From: an uncultured Acidobacteriota bacterium
Lineage (GTDB): Bacteria > Acidobacteriota > UBA6911 > RPQK01 > JAPXNP01
Direction: 5' to 3'
Assembly: GCA_963777605.1 (NCBI GenBank)
Contig: CAVZRV010000030.1
Span: 32,001 to 96,000 of the forward strand
DNA length: 64,000 bases
Shown: positions 53,676 to 63,736 of the stretch, piece after piece
How positions within the stretch are numbered: position 1 is the stretch's first letter
How the letters are laid out: the number at the start of each line of letters is the position of its first letter
Notes under the pieces: generated by a model
The model's input: the letters and a program-made list of their open reading frames with translations, nothing else
What the model was told of the DNA's origin: nothing
Databases searched by the model: none
Made by a program: the position numbers and the translations under genes

Positions 53676-54317
53676 ATGCTGAGGGGGTGGTTGCCTATCG
53701 TGTCGTTGGCGCTGTTGTCGTTGGGCTGGCAAACGGCCTCCCAGCGGCGTGATCCGCTCGAGTACATCCGCATCATGGAGTCGGCGAACCGGGTGCGCAA
53801 GCTTCAGGTGGAGCGGGTAGTGCAGGCGCTCGACGTCAAGCCGGGTGAGGTGGTGGCTGACCTGGGTGCGGGTTCCGGACTCTTCACCCGACCGCTTGCC
53901 CGGAAGGTCGGGCCCGACGGGTTAGTCTACGCCATCGACATCGACCGTGCTCTTCTCGATCATGTCGAGGAAACGGCGCACGAGCAAAACCTTCCCAACA
54001 TCCGGACAGTGCTGGCCAGCGAATACGATCCTCGGATCCCGGAGAAAGTCGATCTGGTCCTGATCTGCGACACGCTGCACCAGATCAAGGATCCGGGCGC
54101 CTACCTGAAAGACCTGACCCGCTACCTGAAAGACTCTGCCCGGGTCGCAGTGATCGACTACGAGAAGAACTGGCCGAGCCGCCTCAATTCAGGGAAGTTC
54201 ACCGTCAAGCAGCTGGATGGCTGGATGCGTAGTGCCGGCTGCCAGCGTGACCACGTGTTCAGCTTCCTGAAGGACAACTTCTTCATCGTTTACCGGTTTC
54301 ACGCCCTGGGCAGTTGA
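53676..54317 (+). CDS. Class I SAM-dependent methyltransferase with N-terminal signal-like segment
   Basis: VADLGAGSG, VYAIDID, VAVIDY; hydrophobic N-terminus. Confidence 0.85.
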   Translation: MLRGWLPIVSLALLSLGWQTASQRRDPLEYIRIMESANRVRKLQVERVVQALDVKPGEVVADLGAGSGLFTRPLARKVGPDGLVYAIDIDRALLDHVEETAHEQNLPNIRTVLASEYDPRIPEKVDLVLICDTLHQIKDPGAYLKDLTRYLKDSARVAVIDYEKNWPSRLNSGKFTVKQLDGWMRSAGCQRDHVFSFLKDNFFIVYRFHALGS

Positions 54318-54339
54318 TCTCCACCGGCCCCGCCCGGCC

Positions 54340-55737
54340 TCAGATATCCGCCACGGCTCCCGGTTGCGGATAGTGGACCTGTTCGTAGCCCATGTCTTTC
54401 AAGGTCTTCTGGAACGGGACCGCCTGTTCTTCCTCACCGTGGACCAGAAAGATCTCCTTGAGTCGTTCGGTTGACTGGCACTTCACAAAGTCGAGCAGTT
54501 CCGTGCGGTCGGCGTGCGCGCTGAAGTCGTCGATTCGGATCACCCGGCACCGCACGTCATGCTCCTCGCCGAAGATCCGGACCTGCCGGTTGCCGTCCAT
54601 CAGCCGCCGCGCCAAGGTGTATTCGGCGGCATAGCCGACCAGGAGAACGACGTTTCGGGGATTCCCGATCGAGTTACGGAGGTGATGAAGGATTCGCCCT
54701 CCTTCAGCCATTCCCGACGCCGAGATGATCATGTGCGGGTACTTGAGATCGTTGAGCCGCTTCGACTCTTCCACGGTTCTGATGTACTTGAGCCTTCCGA
54801 AACCAAAGGGATCCTCGTGGTTTTCGAGGAAGACCCGCTCGGTTTCCCGGTCGAAACACTCCGGGTGACGGCGGAATGCTTCGGTGGCATTCAGCGCCAT
54901 CGGGCTGTCCACGAATACGGGCAGGTCGGGAATCCGGTTCTGGTCCCAGAGTTTGTGCAGCAGGTAGACCATAAGCTGGGTGCGGCCCACAGCGAAAGCC
55001 GGTACGACAATCTTGCCTCCGGCCTCGACGACCTCGCGTACCAGCTTGGCGAGATCCTCCATGACGTCGAGGGAGAGCCGGTGAACCCGGTCTCCGTAAG
55101 TGCTCTCCATGATCAGGTAGTCGAGGTCCCGCAGGTAGTCGGGATCCCGGATGATCGGCATTTCCTTTCGGCCGAGGTCGCCCGTGAAGCCGAGGCGGAA
55201 GGATCGGCCGCGCTCCTGGACTTCGAGGAGTATTCCGGCGGATCCCAGGATGTGACCGGCGTCCCTGAATGTTGCCGTGACTCCTGGTACGACTTCGAAC
55301 GACTCGGCGTACTGGACGGGCCGAAACGCTTCCAGGGCCTTCTCGGCGTCTTCGAGCAGGTACAGGGGCTGAATCGGCGGCTGACCTTTTCGCTTACGGA
55401 TCTTGTTGACGAACTCGACGTCCTTCTCCTGGAGAAACGCCGAGTCCCTGAGCATGATCCCGCACAGGTCAATCGTCGCATCCGTGGCGTAGATCGGCCC
55501 CCGAAAACCCTGCTTGACCAGGTTGGGGATGTTCCCGCTGTGATCGATGTGGGCGTGCGACAGCAGCAGGGCGTCGATTTCCGCCGGGTCAAACGAGAAG
55601 TTGAGGTTTCGCGTGTAGGTGTCCGAACGGCGGCCCTGGAAGAGTCCGCACTCGAGCAGGAGACGGCGCCCGTTCACGCTGAGCAGGTGCTGAGATCCGG
55701 TCACGGTGCGAGCACCGCCGAGAAAGCGAATTTTCAT
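54340..55737 (-). CDS. MBL-fold beta-CASP ribonuclease (YSH1/TTHA0252-like)
   Basis: GGARTVTGS, SHAHIDHSG, AGHILGS, MESTYG, AFAVGRTQ, SASGM, FSAHAD, LVHGE. Confidence 0.92.
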   Translation of the reverse strand: MKIRFLGGARTVTGSQHLLSVNGRRLLLECGLFQGRRSDTYTRNLNFSFDPAEIDALLLSHAHIDHSGNIPNLVKQGFRGPIYATDATIDLCGIMLRDSAFLQEKDVEFVNKIRKRKGQPPIQPLYLLEDAEKALEAFRPVQYAESFEVVPGVTATFRDAGHILGSAGILLEVQERGRSFRLGFTGDLGRKEMPIIRDPDYLRDLDYLIMESTYGDRVHRLSLDVMEDLAKLVREVVEAGGKIVVPAFAVGRTQLMVYLLHKLWDQNRIPDLPVFVDSPMALNATEAFRRHPECFDRETERVFLENHEDPFGFGRLKYIRTVEESKRLNDLKYPHMIISASGMAEGGRILHHLRNSIGNPRNVVLLVGYAAEYTLARRLMDGNRQVRIFGEEHDVRCRVIRIDDFSAHADRTELLDFVKCQSTERLKEIFLVHGEEEQAVPFQKTLKDMGYEQVHYPQPGAVADI

Positions 55738-55820
55738 GGCCGAAACTCTATCAGACTTCGGCGACGCTGCCACTCCTGCCAGGCGTGAAGATCGGTACTG
55801 GGCCCTCGGCGGAAATCTTT

Positions 55821-57689
55821 CTACGCCAGTGACTGTCTCACCGCCTCGACAATCCGGCGGGCACTGAGCCCGTGGTAGTCGAGGAGTTCATCGGATCCAC
55901 CGGAGCGGGACAGTTCCCTGACTGCCAGGTGGGTCCAGCGGCACGGGGTGACTCCGTCCACCGCGGTTCGCACCGCTTCGCCCAGGCCCCCTTCGAGGTA
56001 GTGATCCTCCACCGTGATGATGTGACCGGTCTCGCGGGCTGCCTCGTTGAGCGTTTCCTGATCGATGGGCTTCACCGAGTAGAGGTCGATGACGCGAACC
56101 ATGAGGTTCTCTTCGGCCAGGACCTGGGAGGCCTTCAACGCCTCGTGCAGCGTCACGCCGGCTCCGACCAGGGTGGCCTTGTCGGCTGTGCTGCGCCGCA
56201 GAATCTTGCATCCGCCGACCGGGAAGGATTCGGCGTTCGGATAGATCACAGGAGTCTTGGGACGGCTGGTACGGATGTAAACGATGCCGGGAGTGGCGGC
56301 GGCCTCGGCCACGAGTCGTTCCGCGCTCACACCGTCGCTGGGGTAGAGTACGGTCGAGCCTGCCACGGCCCGCATCATGGCGAGGTCTTCCAACCCCATT
56401 TGGGAGGGGCCGTCCTCGCCGATCGAGACACCGGCATGGGAACCGCACAGTTTCAGGTTGACCTGCGAAATGGCCGACATGCGAATGATATCGTATGCCC
56501 GGGTCAGGAAGCAGGCAAAGGTGGAGGCGAAGGGGATCTTCCCCATGGCTGCCAGTCCGGCTGCCGCCCCGACCATGTTCTGCTCGGCGATGAAGCACTC
56601 GATGAATCGATCCGGGTGTTCGTTCAAGAAATCAATTGAGTAGGTGGAATTCTTGCAATCGCCGTCGAGTGCCACCACTTCGGAATTGACTCTGCCCAAC
56701 TTGGCGAGCCCACTCCCGTAAGCCTGCCGGGTGGCTACCTGCTCTCCGATTCGGTACTCGGGAGCAGGGACCTCCGCCGCACCCGAACTTTCCGTACGAG
56801 TCCCTTTTGACTCCGGTTTGGACAGGGCCAGTGGCTCAGGAAGGGGTTCATCCGGCCCGAGGTCTTCCAGGGCCTGCTTAACCTGTTCGGGGTCGGTGAC
56901 CGGCTTTCCATGCCAGCCCTCCTTATCAGCCATGAACGACACACCTTTTCCCTTGATGGTGCAGGCGATGACCGCAACCGGCTCGGAGTCATCAGCAACC
57001 GCCTCGGCAAGTGCGCCAACCACGGCACGTACATCGTGGCCGTCCACGGTTACCGTTCGCCAGCCTAAGGCACGGTATCGGTTCTCATAAACGGAGAGGT
57101 GGTGCTGGTACATGGTCGGCTCGCTCTGACCGAGCCGGTTTATGTCGACGATTGCCGTGAGGCTGCCCAGCTTGTAATGGCTGGCAAGCGCAGCCGCTTC
57201 CCAAACCGAACCTTCGGCCGACTCGCCGTCTCCCATGAGCACGAAGATTCGATTGTCGATTCCGTCCATGCGCGCCGCCAGGGCCATACCGACCCCATTT
57301 GAAAGCCCCTGTCCGAGGGAACCGGTGGCGACGTCGATGAACCGGTTGCGCGGTGTTGGGTGGCCTTCGAGTTCGCTTCCCATTTTCCGGAGAGTCAACA
57401 GTTCGTCGGTCGGGAAAGCCCCTGCCTCGGCCAAAGCGGCCCAGAGGATCGGCGCCCCGTGGCCTTTCGACAACACGAAGCGGTCGTTGGCCGGGTTCTT
57501 GGGATCGGAGAGATCGTAGCGCAGGAAGTGGAAGAATATGGTGGACATGATCTCGGCACACGAAAAGCAGGTCGATGGATGGCCGGAACCCGCTTCCGTT
57601 GTGGACAGCAGCGAGTGTCGGCGCAGCCGGTTCGCCATGATTTCGAGGGACCGGGTTTGGGCATCTGATAGGGTGCGATTTGGGCTCAT
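55821..57689 (-). CDS. tkt: Transketolase (single-chain, short/mammalian-like type)
   Basis: SGHP, LSKGH, EGHP, TGSLGQG, GDGE..EG..WEA, FIAEQ, GEDGPSQ, TVEDH. Confidence 0.92.
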   Translation of the reverse strand: MSPNRTLSDAQTRSLEIMANRLRRHSLLSTTEAGSGHPSTCFSCAEIMSTIFFHFLRYDLSDPKNPANDRFVLSKGHGAPILWAALAEAGAFPTDELLTLRKMGSELEGHPTPRNRFIDVATGSLGQGLSNGVGMALAARMDGIDNRIFVLMGDGESAEGSVWEAAALASHYKLGSLTAIVDINRLGQSEPTMYQHHLSVYENRYRALGWRTVTVDGHDVRAVVGALAEAVADDSEPVAVIACTIKGKGVSFMADKEGWHGKPVTDPEQVKQALEDLGPDEPLPEPLALSKPESKGTRTESSGAAEVPAPEYRIGEQVATRQAYGSGLAKLGRVNSEVVALDGDCKNSTYSIDFLNEHPDRFIECFIAEQNMVGAAAGLAAMGKIPFASTFACFLTRAYDIIRMSAISQVNLKLCGSHAGVSIGEDGPSQMGLEDLAMMRAVAGSTVLYPSDGVSAERLVAEAAATPGIVYIRTSRPKTPVIYPNAESFPVGGCKILRRSTADKATLVGAGVTLHEALKASQVLAEENLMVRVIDLYSVKPIDQETLNEAARETGHIITVEDHYLEGGLGEAVRTAVDGVTPCRWTHLAVRELSRSGGSDELLDYHGLSARRIVEAVRQSLA

Positions 57690-57967
57690 GACCTCATTTT
57701 CTCCTGGCAGCTCTTTGAGGGGTGTGCGGTTGCGAATCCTGCAAAACCCGAACTATATGAAACGTCTGAAAACCTGTCAATTCAGGCCGGTTAGAGTGTC
57801 GGCAGACTGGAAATCGCCGGTTCACGCTCACGGCGGCCTTCTATTCGAAGTATACGACGGGAAGACCTGATCTGCGAATCACAGGCACCCGGTTGTCATC
57901 GTCGGGCACCGGGAACCATAATTGAGGGAGTTCACGAATACAGCAACGCTTTCCTCGAGGATAGAAG

Positions 57968-60900
57968 ATGAAGCCTTCGCACATGGGCCTCTTGTTACTA
58001 ACGTTGTCTCTGCTGGTTGCAACACCCGGTGCTGCCGGTGCTCGGGAAAATACTCGACCTCGGGTCGATCGGGCAACAGACGGTGCCGTGGTGGTAGCGG
58101 GCCTGATCGGGCCAGCGACGATCGATCGGGATTCCTGGAGCATTCCTCACGTTCGCGCCGGTAACGACCGCGACGTCTACTTTGCAATGGGCTACCTCCA
58201 CGCGACAGACCGGTTCTTCCAGATGGATTACTCCCGCAGGCTCTTTTCGGGGACGCTGGCCGAGCTGGCGGGGCAGTCTGCCCTCGATTCGGATATTCAG
58301 CTCCGGACAATCGGTTTGCGAAGGGCTGCGGAGAAATCACTTCCGATTTACTCGGGTGAGGCGTTGTCGATGCTCGAGGCGTACTCCGCCGGAGTCAATG
58401 CGTGGCTTGCCGAGGCGCAGGGAAACCTGCCGCCGGAGTACCAGGAACTGGAGATCACGCAGATCCCGTCCTGGTCCCTGCTGGACACGGTGACGATCAT
58501 GAAGGGGATCGCTTTCGGGCTCTCATTCGACCTGGGGGATATTGAGCGGACCGACGATTACGAAGCCTATCTGGAAGCCGGCCAGGCCCAGGGTTTCGAC
58601 GGGAGTGCCCTCTTCTCGCAGGACCTGTTTCGCAGTGCCCCGTTCGACCCTTCAATTTCGATTCCTGACTGGTTCGAAAATGGCCAGACCCTGGTGCCGG
58701 AGCAGGCAGGCAAGACCAGCCGCCCGGAAGTGTCCCGGCGGCTGTTGTCCGATTACCTGGAACGAGTTCGGAAGATTCCCGCTCTCTCCGGTGCCCTGGA
58801 TAGAACGGAGAGGAGCCCGGGAAGCAACTTCTGGGTGATCGGCCCGGAGCACTCTGCCACGGGCCACGCCCTCTTTGCCAACGATCCCCATCTGTCACTC
58901 GGCAGCCCGGCGGTGTTCTACGAGGTTTACCTGACCGTCACGCATGATCCCGGAAGAGGGGGCATGAATGTGGGCGGAGTCTCGTTCCCGGGTGTTCCCG
59001 GGGTAGTGCAGGGTTGCAACGATCGGATTTGCTGGGGCTCGACGGTCAATCCGCTCGACGTGACCGACATCTACGAAGAGCGGCTTGCAGTTGCAGGATT
59101 TCCGCCGAAAGTGGTTGGAACGGTTTTCGGTGAACAGCTCGAGCCGGTGGTGACTATTGCCCAAACGTTTCGCGTGAACCAGACCGGCAATTTGATCGAA
59201 GACGACCTTCAGGCGGCCAAGGTCGGGTCCCTTTCGGGCGGAACCACCTACATTGTTCCCCGGCGCAACATGGGGCCGATCGTTTCTGTCGATGCCCAGA
59301 ACCTTGCCGACATCAGGGGCTTGAGCGTCCAGTACACCGGGTTGGGTGCAACCCGGGAAGGGGAGACCTTTCTCCGGCTCGCCCGGGCGCGAAATGTCAA
59401 CGATTTCAAGGAGGCTCTCCAGTATTTCGATTTCGGCTCCCAGAACTGGGGTTACGCCGACGTGGATGGGAACATTGCTTATTTCACAAGCGGAGAACTG
59501 CCGTTGCGCGAGGATCTTCAGGAGGGTGCCGTAGACGGGGCCCAGCCCTGGTTCGTCCGCGACGGAACTCACCAGGCGCACAACGAGTGGATATCGATGC
59601 AGCCAACCTCGCACCGGGAAACTCTCCAGGCGCTCGATTACGCCATTCTGCCCTTTGATGAGATGCCCCAGGTCGTGAACCCGGGACAGGGTTTTATCGC
59701 CAACGGCAATAACGATCCCGTGGGCGTTTCACTCGACAACAACGTGCTCAACGAGCTCCGCCCCGGAGGGGGGATCTTCTACCTGAACCCCGGTTTCACC
59801 AGCCTTCGCATCGGCCGGATCGACCAGATGATCCGCGAGGCGATCTCCAGCAAGCCGGAAGGATTGACGATCGCAGATCTCCAGCGCATGCAGGCCGACA
59901 ACGTCCTTCTCGACGGAGAAGTCTTCGTTCCCTACATCCTGGATGCGATGGAACGGGCCTCATCCGACGGCGTCCCGACCGAACTGGGCAGTCTGGCGGA
60001 AGACGCGGGCTTGCAGGAGGCCGTCGCCCGGCTTCGGAACTGGAGCTTCAAAACGCCGACCGGAATTCAAGCCGGCTACGACCCGGGAGACGACCCCTCG
60101 AATCTTCCCGATCCGGACGCCGAGGAGGTTGCCGACAGCATTTCGGCCACCATCTACGCGGTCTGGCGAAGCAGCTTCGTGGCGGCGACGATCGACAAGA
60201 CACTGGAGGGCCTCGGGCTGATGGACCACCGTCCCGACAGCGAGCGGTCGATGTCGGCGTTGCGGAATTTTCTGGATCACTACGACGAGTATCACGGCGT
60301 CGGCGGCTCTGGAGTTTCCTTTTTCGAAGTGGACGGGATCACCGATTCGAGTGATGCCCGCGACTACCTGATCTTGAAGAGCCTGCGCGACGCTCTCGAC
60401 CGGCTCGCCTCCTCCGAGTTCACCGAGGCTTTCGGCGGCTCCACTGACCAGGAAACCTACCGTTGGGGACGGCTCCACCGAATCCAGTTCGAACATGATC
60501 TCGGGGGTGCCTTCGACATTCCCCCGGCGGCAGGTCTCTCCAACCTGTCGGAGAATTTGCCGGGCGTCGCCCGTTCCGGAGGTTACGAAACGGTGGATGC
60601 CGCTGCCCACTCAGTGCGGGCGACGGGTTCGAACGGGTTCATGTTTGGAAGCGGCCCTGCTCGCCGGTTCGTGGGCGAGCTAAACCCTGAGAGAATTGAG
60701 GCCTACCAGGTCATTCCCGGTGGGGAGGATGGACGCCCGGATTCTGCCGGGTACGGAGCCGAGCTGGGGCTCTGGCTGACGGACCACTATCATTCGTTCG
60801 AGCTCGAGTCAGCGGGGGCGTCGAGTGCCGACCAGCTGACCCTCGTTCCATCGGGCTATCGTCTCTATTTCCCGTATTACCAGGGTGACGCCGGTTCGTT

Positions 60901-62245
60901 CACGGGATTTGCAGCGGCCAATTTTGCCGGCTCGTCGGCTGAGTTGCAATATACGGCCAGCAGTGAGGACGGGAGCCAGTCTGGGTTTCAGGAAAATCCG
61001 TCGACATCGGAGCTTTCGGACGGGACCCAGGTAGCCCGGCTCGGGAACGAGATTTTCGGCGTCCCGGCCGGCGAGGCCCAGTCGGCGTGGGTGGAACTGC
61101 TTGCGACATTTGCTACGCCTCCGGCGCAATGGCCGGCTCTTGGGAGCTTTTTCCAGGTCGGCCGGGTTGCGGGGACGGTCCGGGGTCTTGATGGGTCCGT
61201 GGCCCAGACTCAGGCCGCCAGGGAGCTCTACTTCACCCGCATTTACCAGGGGCAACAGGCGGACGGAGTGGCGCCGGTCTCAACACTGCTGTCACTTTCC
61301 AACCCATCACCGGATGAGGTGACGGCGACCATTCAGCTCTACCTGCCCGTGGTCCCGCAGGACCCGTCCGGGATGCCTCTTGCAGCGAGGCTTTACGATG
61401 AAACAAGTCGGACGATTGCGGCCCACGGGTTCATGCTTGAATCGGTGGGCGAACTCTTCGCGACCGAGGTCACCGAGGGGTATGTCAGGGTGGTCGCCTC
61501 GGGATCGGGGTTGGTTGGATTCGAGCTTGTGCAGGGCGCCGAAAGTGCCGATTTCCTGGCGTTGAACCCGGCCCTGCCGGACGGACCCAGGACACTTTAT
61601 TCGGCGCAGCTCGCCTACGGTCCTTCTCTCGACACCAGCATCAAGCTGGTCAACACGAGCGCGTTTGAACGTCATGCCACTCCCAGGGCTGTTCGGGGCG
61701 GCGGGCTTCCCGACCTTGCCGCGGATGAGGTTCAGCTGGCTCCGGGAGGGGCGGTGGAACTGCGGGCCAGCGAGCTGTTTTCCGGGCAGGCCGCGGGCGG
61801 AGCCTTCTTTACCGCGTCCCTGGTGATCGATAGTGACGGCCCGGGAGTCGTCGGCGACGTCGCTTTCGGGTCCTTCTGGTCCCTTCGGATCGGGGCGGCA
61901 TTGCCTCTCCAGATCGAGCCGACCCGTTCGGCCTTATTTGGGCACGTCGCCAGTCTGCCCGGTCAGCTGTTTACCGGTTTCGCACTCTTCAACCCAGGGG
62001 CCGAGGCGGGATTGGTGACGCTGACGATCTTCCGGGCCGATGGAAACCCGGTCGGGGAGGCGACTATTCCCGTGGGGGCGGGAGAACGAGTGTCACGTAC
62101 CGTGGCCGAGATGATCCCGGACCTTTCGGAACTGGCGGGCGGCTATGTGACGGTCGTTGCCACTGTCCCACTTGTTGCGCAGGAGTTATTCGGCGATTTT
62201 GGGCTCACGCTTCAATCCGCCGTACCCCCGACCATCGTCGAATAA
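57968..62245 (+). CDS. Penicillin acylase (peptidase S45, Ntn-hydrolase) family protein with ~460-aa repeated C-terminal extension
   Basis: Signal peptide, RDSWSIPHV, GYLHATDRFFQMD, GSNFWV (Ntn Ser), NDPHL, QNWGYADVDGNI, WGRLH; C-terminal repeats FTGFAAAN/FTGFALFN. Confidence 0.88.
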   Translation: MKPSHMGLLLLTLSLLVATPGAAGARENTRPRVDRATDGAVVVAGLIGPATIDRDSWSIPHVRAGNDRDVYFAMGYLHATDRFFQMDYSRRLFSGTLAELAGQSALDSDIQLRTIGLRRAAEKSLPIYSGEALSMLEAYSAGVNAWLAEAQGNLPPEYQELEITQIPSWSLLDTVTIMKGIAFGLSFDLGDIERTDDYEAYLEAGQAQGFDGSALFSQDLFRSAPFDPSISIPDWFENGQTLVPEQAGKTSRPEVSRRLLSDYLERVRKIPALSGALDRTERSPGSNFWVIGPEHSATGHALFANDPHLSLGSPAVFYEVYLTVTHDPGRGGMNVGGVSFPGVPGVVQGCNDRICWGSTVNPLDVTDIYEERLAVAGFPPKVVGTVFGEQLEPVVTIAQTFRVNQTGNLIEDDLQAAKVGSLSGGTTYIVPRRNMGPIVSVDAQNLADIRGLSVQYTGLGATREGETFLRLARARNVNDFKEALQYFDFGSQNWGYADVDGNIAYFTSGELPLREDLQEGAVDGAQPWFVRDGTHQAHNEWISMQPTSHRETLQALDYAILPFDEMPQVVNPGQGFIANGNNDPVGVSLDNNVLNELRPGGGIFYLNPGFTSLRIGRIDQMIREAISSKPEGLTIADLQRMQADNVLLDGEVFVPYILDAMERASSDGVPTELGSLAEDAGLQEAVARLRNWSFKTPTGIQAGYDPGDDPSNLPDPDAEEVADSISATIYAVWRSSFVAATIDKTLEGLGLMDHRPDSERSMSALRNFLDHYDEYHGVGGSGVSFFEVDGITDSSDARDYLILKSLRDALDRLASSEFTEAFGGSTDQETYRWGRLHRIQFEHDLGGAFDIPPAAGLSNLSENLPGVARSGGYETVDAAAHSVRATGSNGFMFGSGPARRFVGELNPERIEAYQVIPGGEDGRPDSAGYGAELGLWLTDHYHSFELESAGASSADQLTLVPSGYRLYFPYYQGDAGSFTGFAAANFAGSSAELQYTASSEDGSQSGFQENPSTSELSDGTQVARLGNEIFGVPAGEAQSAWVELLATFATPPAQWPALGSFFQVGRVAGTVRGLDGSVAQTQAARELYFTRIYQGQQADGVAPVSTLLSLSNPSPDEVTATIQLYLPVVPQDPSGMPLAARLYDETSRTIAAHGFMLESVGELFATEVTEGYVRVVASGSGLVGFELVQGAESADFLALNPALPDGPRTLYSAQLAYGPSLDTSIKLVNTSAFERHATPRAVRGGGLPDLAADEVQLAPGGAVELRASELFSGQAAGGAFFTASLVIDSDGPGVVGDVAFGSFWSLRIGAALPLQIEPTRSALFGHVASLPGQLFTGFALFNPGAEAGLVTLTIFRADGNPVGEATIPVGAGERVSRTVAEMIPDLSELAGGYVTVVATVPLVAQELFGDFGLTLQSAVPPTIVE

Positions 62246-62304
62246 TTTTCCACTGCGGCAGAGGAAACCCGGCCCATCTCGACTTAACGGTTACAATGGG
62301 AGTC

Positions 62305-63288
62305 GTGTTGAAGGACAGCTACGATAGGGAGATCAGGGACCTGCGCATCTCGGTGACCGACCGGTGCAACTTCAAGTGCTTCTATTGCAAAACGGCTGTC
62401 GGTGTGAACTACGTCGCCCGCGAGCGATTGCTGACCTACGAGGAAATCGCGAGGCTGGGCCGGCTGTTTGTTTCCCTGGGAGTGACCAAGATCCGGGTCA
62501 CCGGAGGAGAGCCCCTGCTCCGGAAGAATCTGGAGGCCCTGGTCGTGGAGCTTGCCGGGATCGAGGGTTTGCGGGACCTTGCCCTGACTACCAACGGCTT
62601 CAATTTCCACCGGCACGCCCAGGCGCTGAAGGAGGCAGGGCTGCAGCGGGTTACTATCTCACTCGATTCGCTGAACCGGGAACGATTTCGGGAGATGACC
62701 GGCAGGGACGACCTCCAGAACGTGCTCCGGAGCATCCGGGTCGCGCGCGACAGCGGCTTTCAGCCCGTGAAGGTGAACTGCGTTTTGGTTCGGGGCTGGA
62801 ACGACGACGAGTTAACCGCTTTTGCCGAACTGGCCCGGCGGGAGGGGATTGCTGTCCGCTTTATCGAGTTCATGCCGCTGGACGAAGACGAGAAATGGAC
62901 CCGGGAGCAAGTGGTTACGGGTCGGGAAATTGTCGAGAGACTTTCGGGACATTTCGAACTCGAACCGCTGGCCTCACTGAACGCGAGTGAGACGTCGGTG
63001 AATTTTGCTTTGGACGACGGCCCCGGCAGCGTGGGAGTAATCTCGACGGTTTCCGACGCTTTCTGCGGCGCCTGCAGTCGCATCCGCTTGACCGCCGACG
63101 GGAAATTGCGGACCTGCCTCTTTTCGTTGCGGGAGTACGACATCAAACTGCTGCTGCGATCCGGCGCCGGTGATCCGGGACTGATCCGGTTCATTGAAAG
63201 AACGGTCGAGAAGAAGGAAGAAGGGCACCAGATCAACCAGCCCGGTTTTGTCCCACCGTCCCGGTCGATGTCCTACATCGGGGGCTGA
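62305..63288 (+). CDS. moaA: GTP 3',8-cyclase MoaA (start 62296 or 62305)
   Basis: LRISVTDRCNFKCFYC, TGGEPL, RFIEFMP, FCGACSRIRLTADG..TCLF, C-terminal MSYIGG. Confidence 0.96.
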   Translation: MLKDSYDREIRDLRISVTDRCNFKCFYCKTAVGVNYVARERLLTYEEIARLGRLFVSLGVTKIRVTGGEPLLRKNLEALVVELAGIEGLRDLALTTNGFNFHRHAQALKEAGLQRVTISLDSLNRERFREMTGRDDLQNVLRSIRVARDSGFQPVKVNCVLVRGWNDDELTAFAELARREGIAVRFIEFMPLDEDEKWTREQVVTGREIVERLSGHFELEPLASLNASETSVNFALDDGPGSVGVISTVSDAFCGACSRIRLTADGKLRTCLFSLREYDIKLLLRSGAGDPGLIRFIERTVEKKEEGHQINQPGFVPPSRSMSYIGG

Positions 63289-63379
63289 ACCGGCGAGACC
63301 ATTTTGAGATTCCTGGGCCTGCCCGTGAAACCGTCTCGGTCGAGGATGCGTCATTCACTGCAAAGGAGACTTTTGCACA

Positions 63380-63709
63380 ATGCTGACACTGACAACCAAG
63401 GCGATTGAACAGTTAAGAGAAGCTATTGCAGGCCAGGAAGTTCCGAAGGATTTCAACGGAGTCCGGGTCGCCGTCGTTGGCGGCGGTTGTTCTGGATTCC
63501 AATACGCGATGCGGCTCGAAGGCGACAGCCGCGACGGGGACCAGATCGTTGAAGTCGACGGTTTCAAGGTCTACATTGACGAGCAGAGCAGCCTCTACCT
63601 TGAGGGTGCCGAGATCGATTTCGTCGTGACCCCCCGGGGATCCGGTTTCAGGTTCAACAACCCGAACGTGACCGGTACCTGCGGCTGCGGCGAATCGTTC
63701 AAGGTCTAA
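63380..63709 (+). CDS. A-type Fe-S cluster carrier (IscA/ErpA/HesB family)
   Basis: GGGCSGFQY, FNNPN..TCGCGESF. Confidence 0.93.
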   Translation: MLTLTTKAIEQLREAIAGQEVPKDFNGVRVAVVGGGCSGFQYAMRLEGDSRDGDQIVEVDGFKVYIDEQSSLYLEGAEIDFVVTPRGSGFRFNNPNVTGTCGCGESFKV

Positions 63710-63736
63710 TTAGCGACGGGTTTGAGGTAATCGGCG

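Noticed and set aside
63380-63709. HesB-like selenoprotein
   Set aside because: All conserved positions are Cys codons and there is no in-frame TGA
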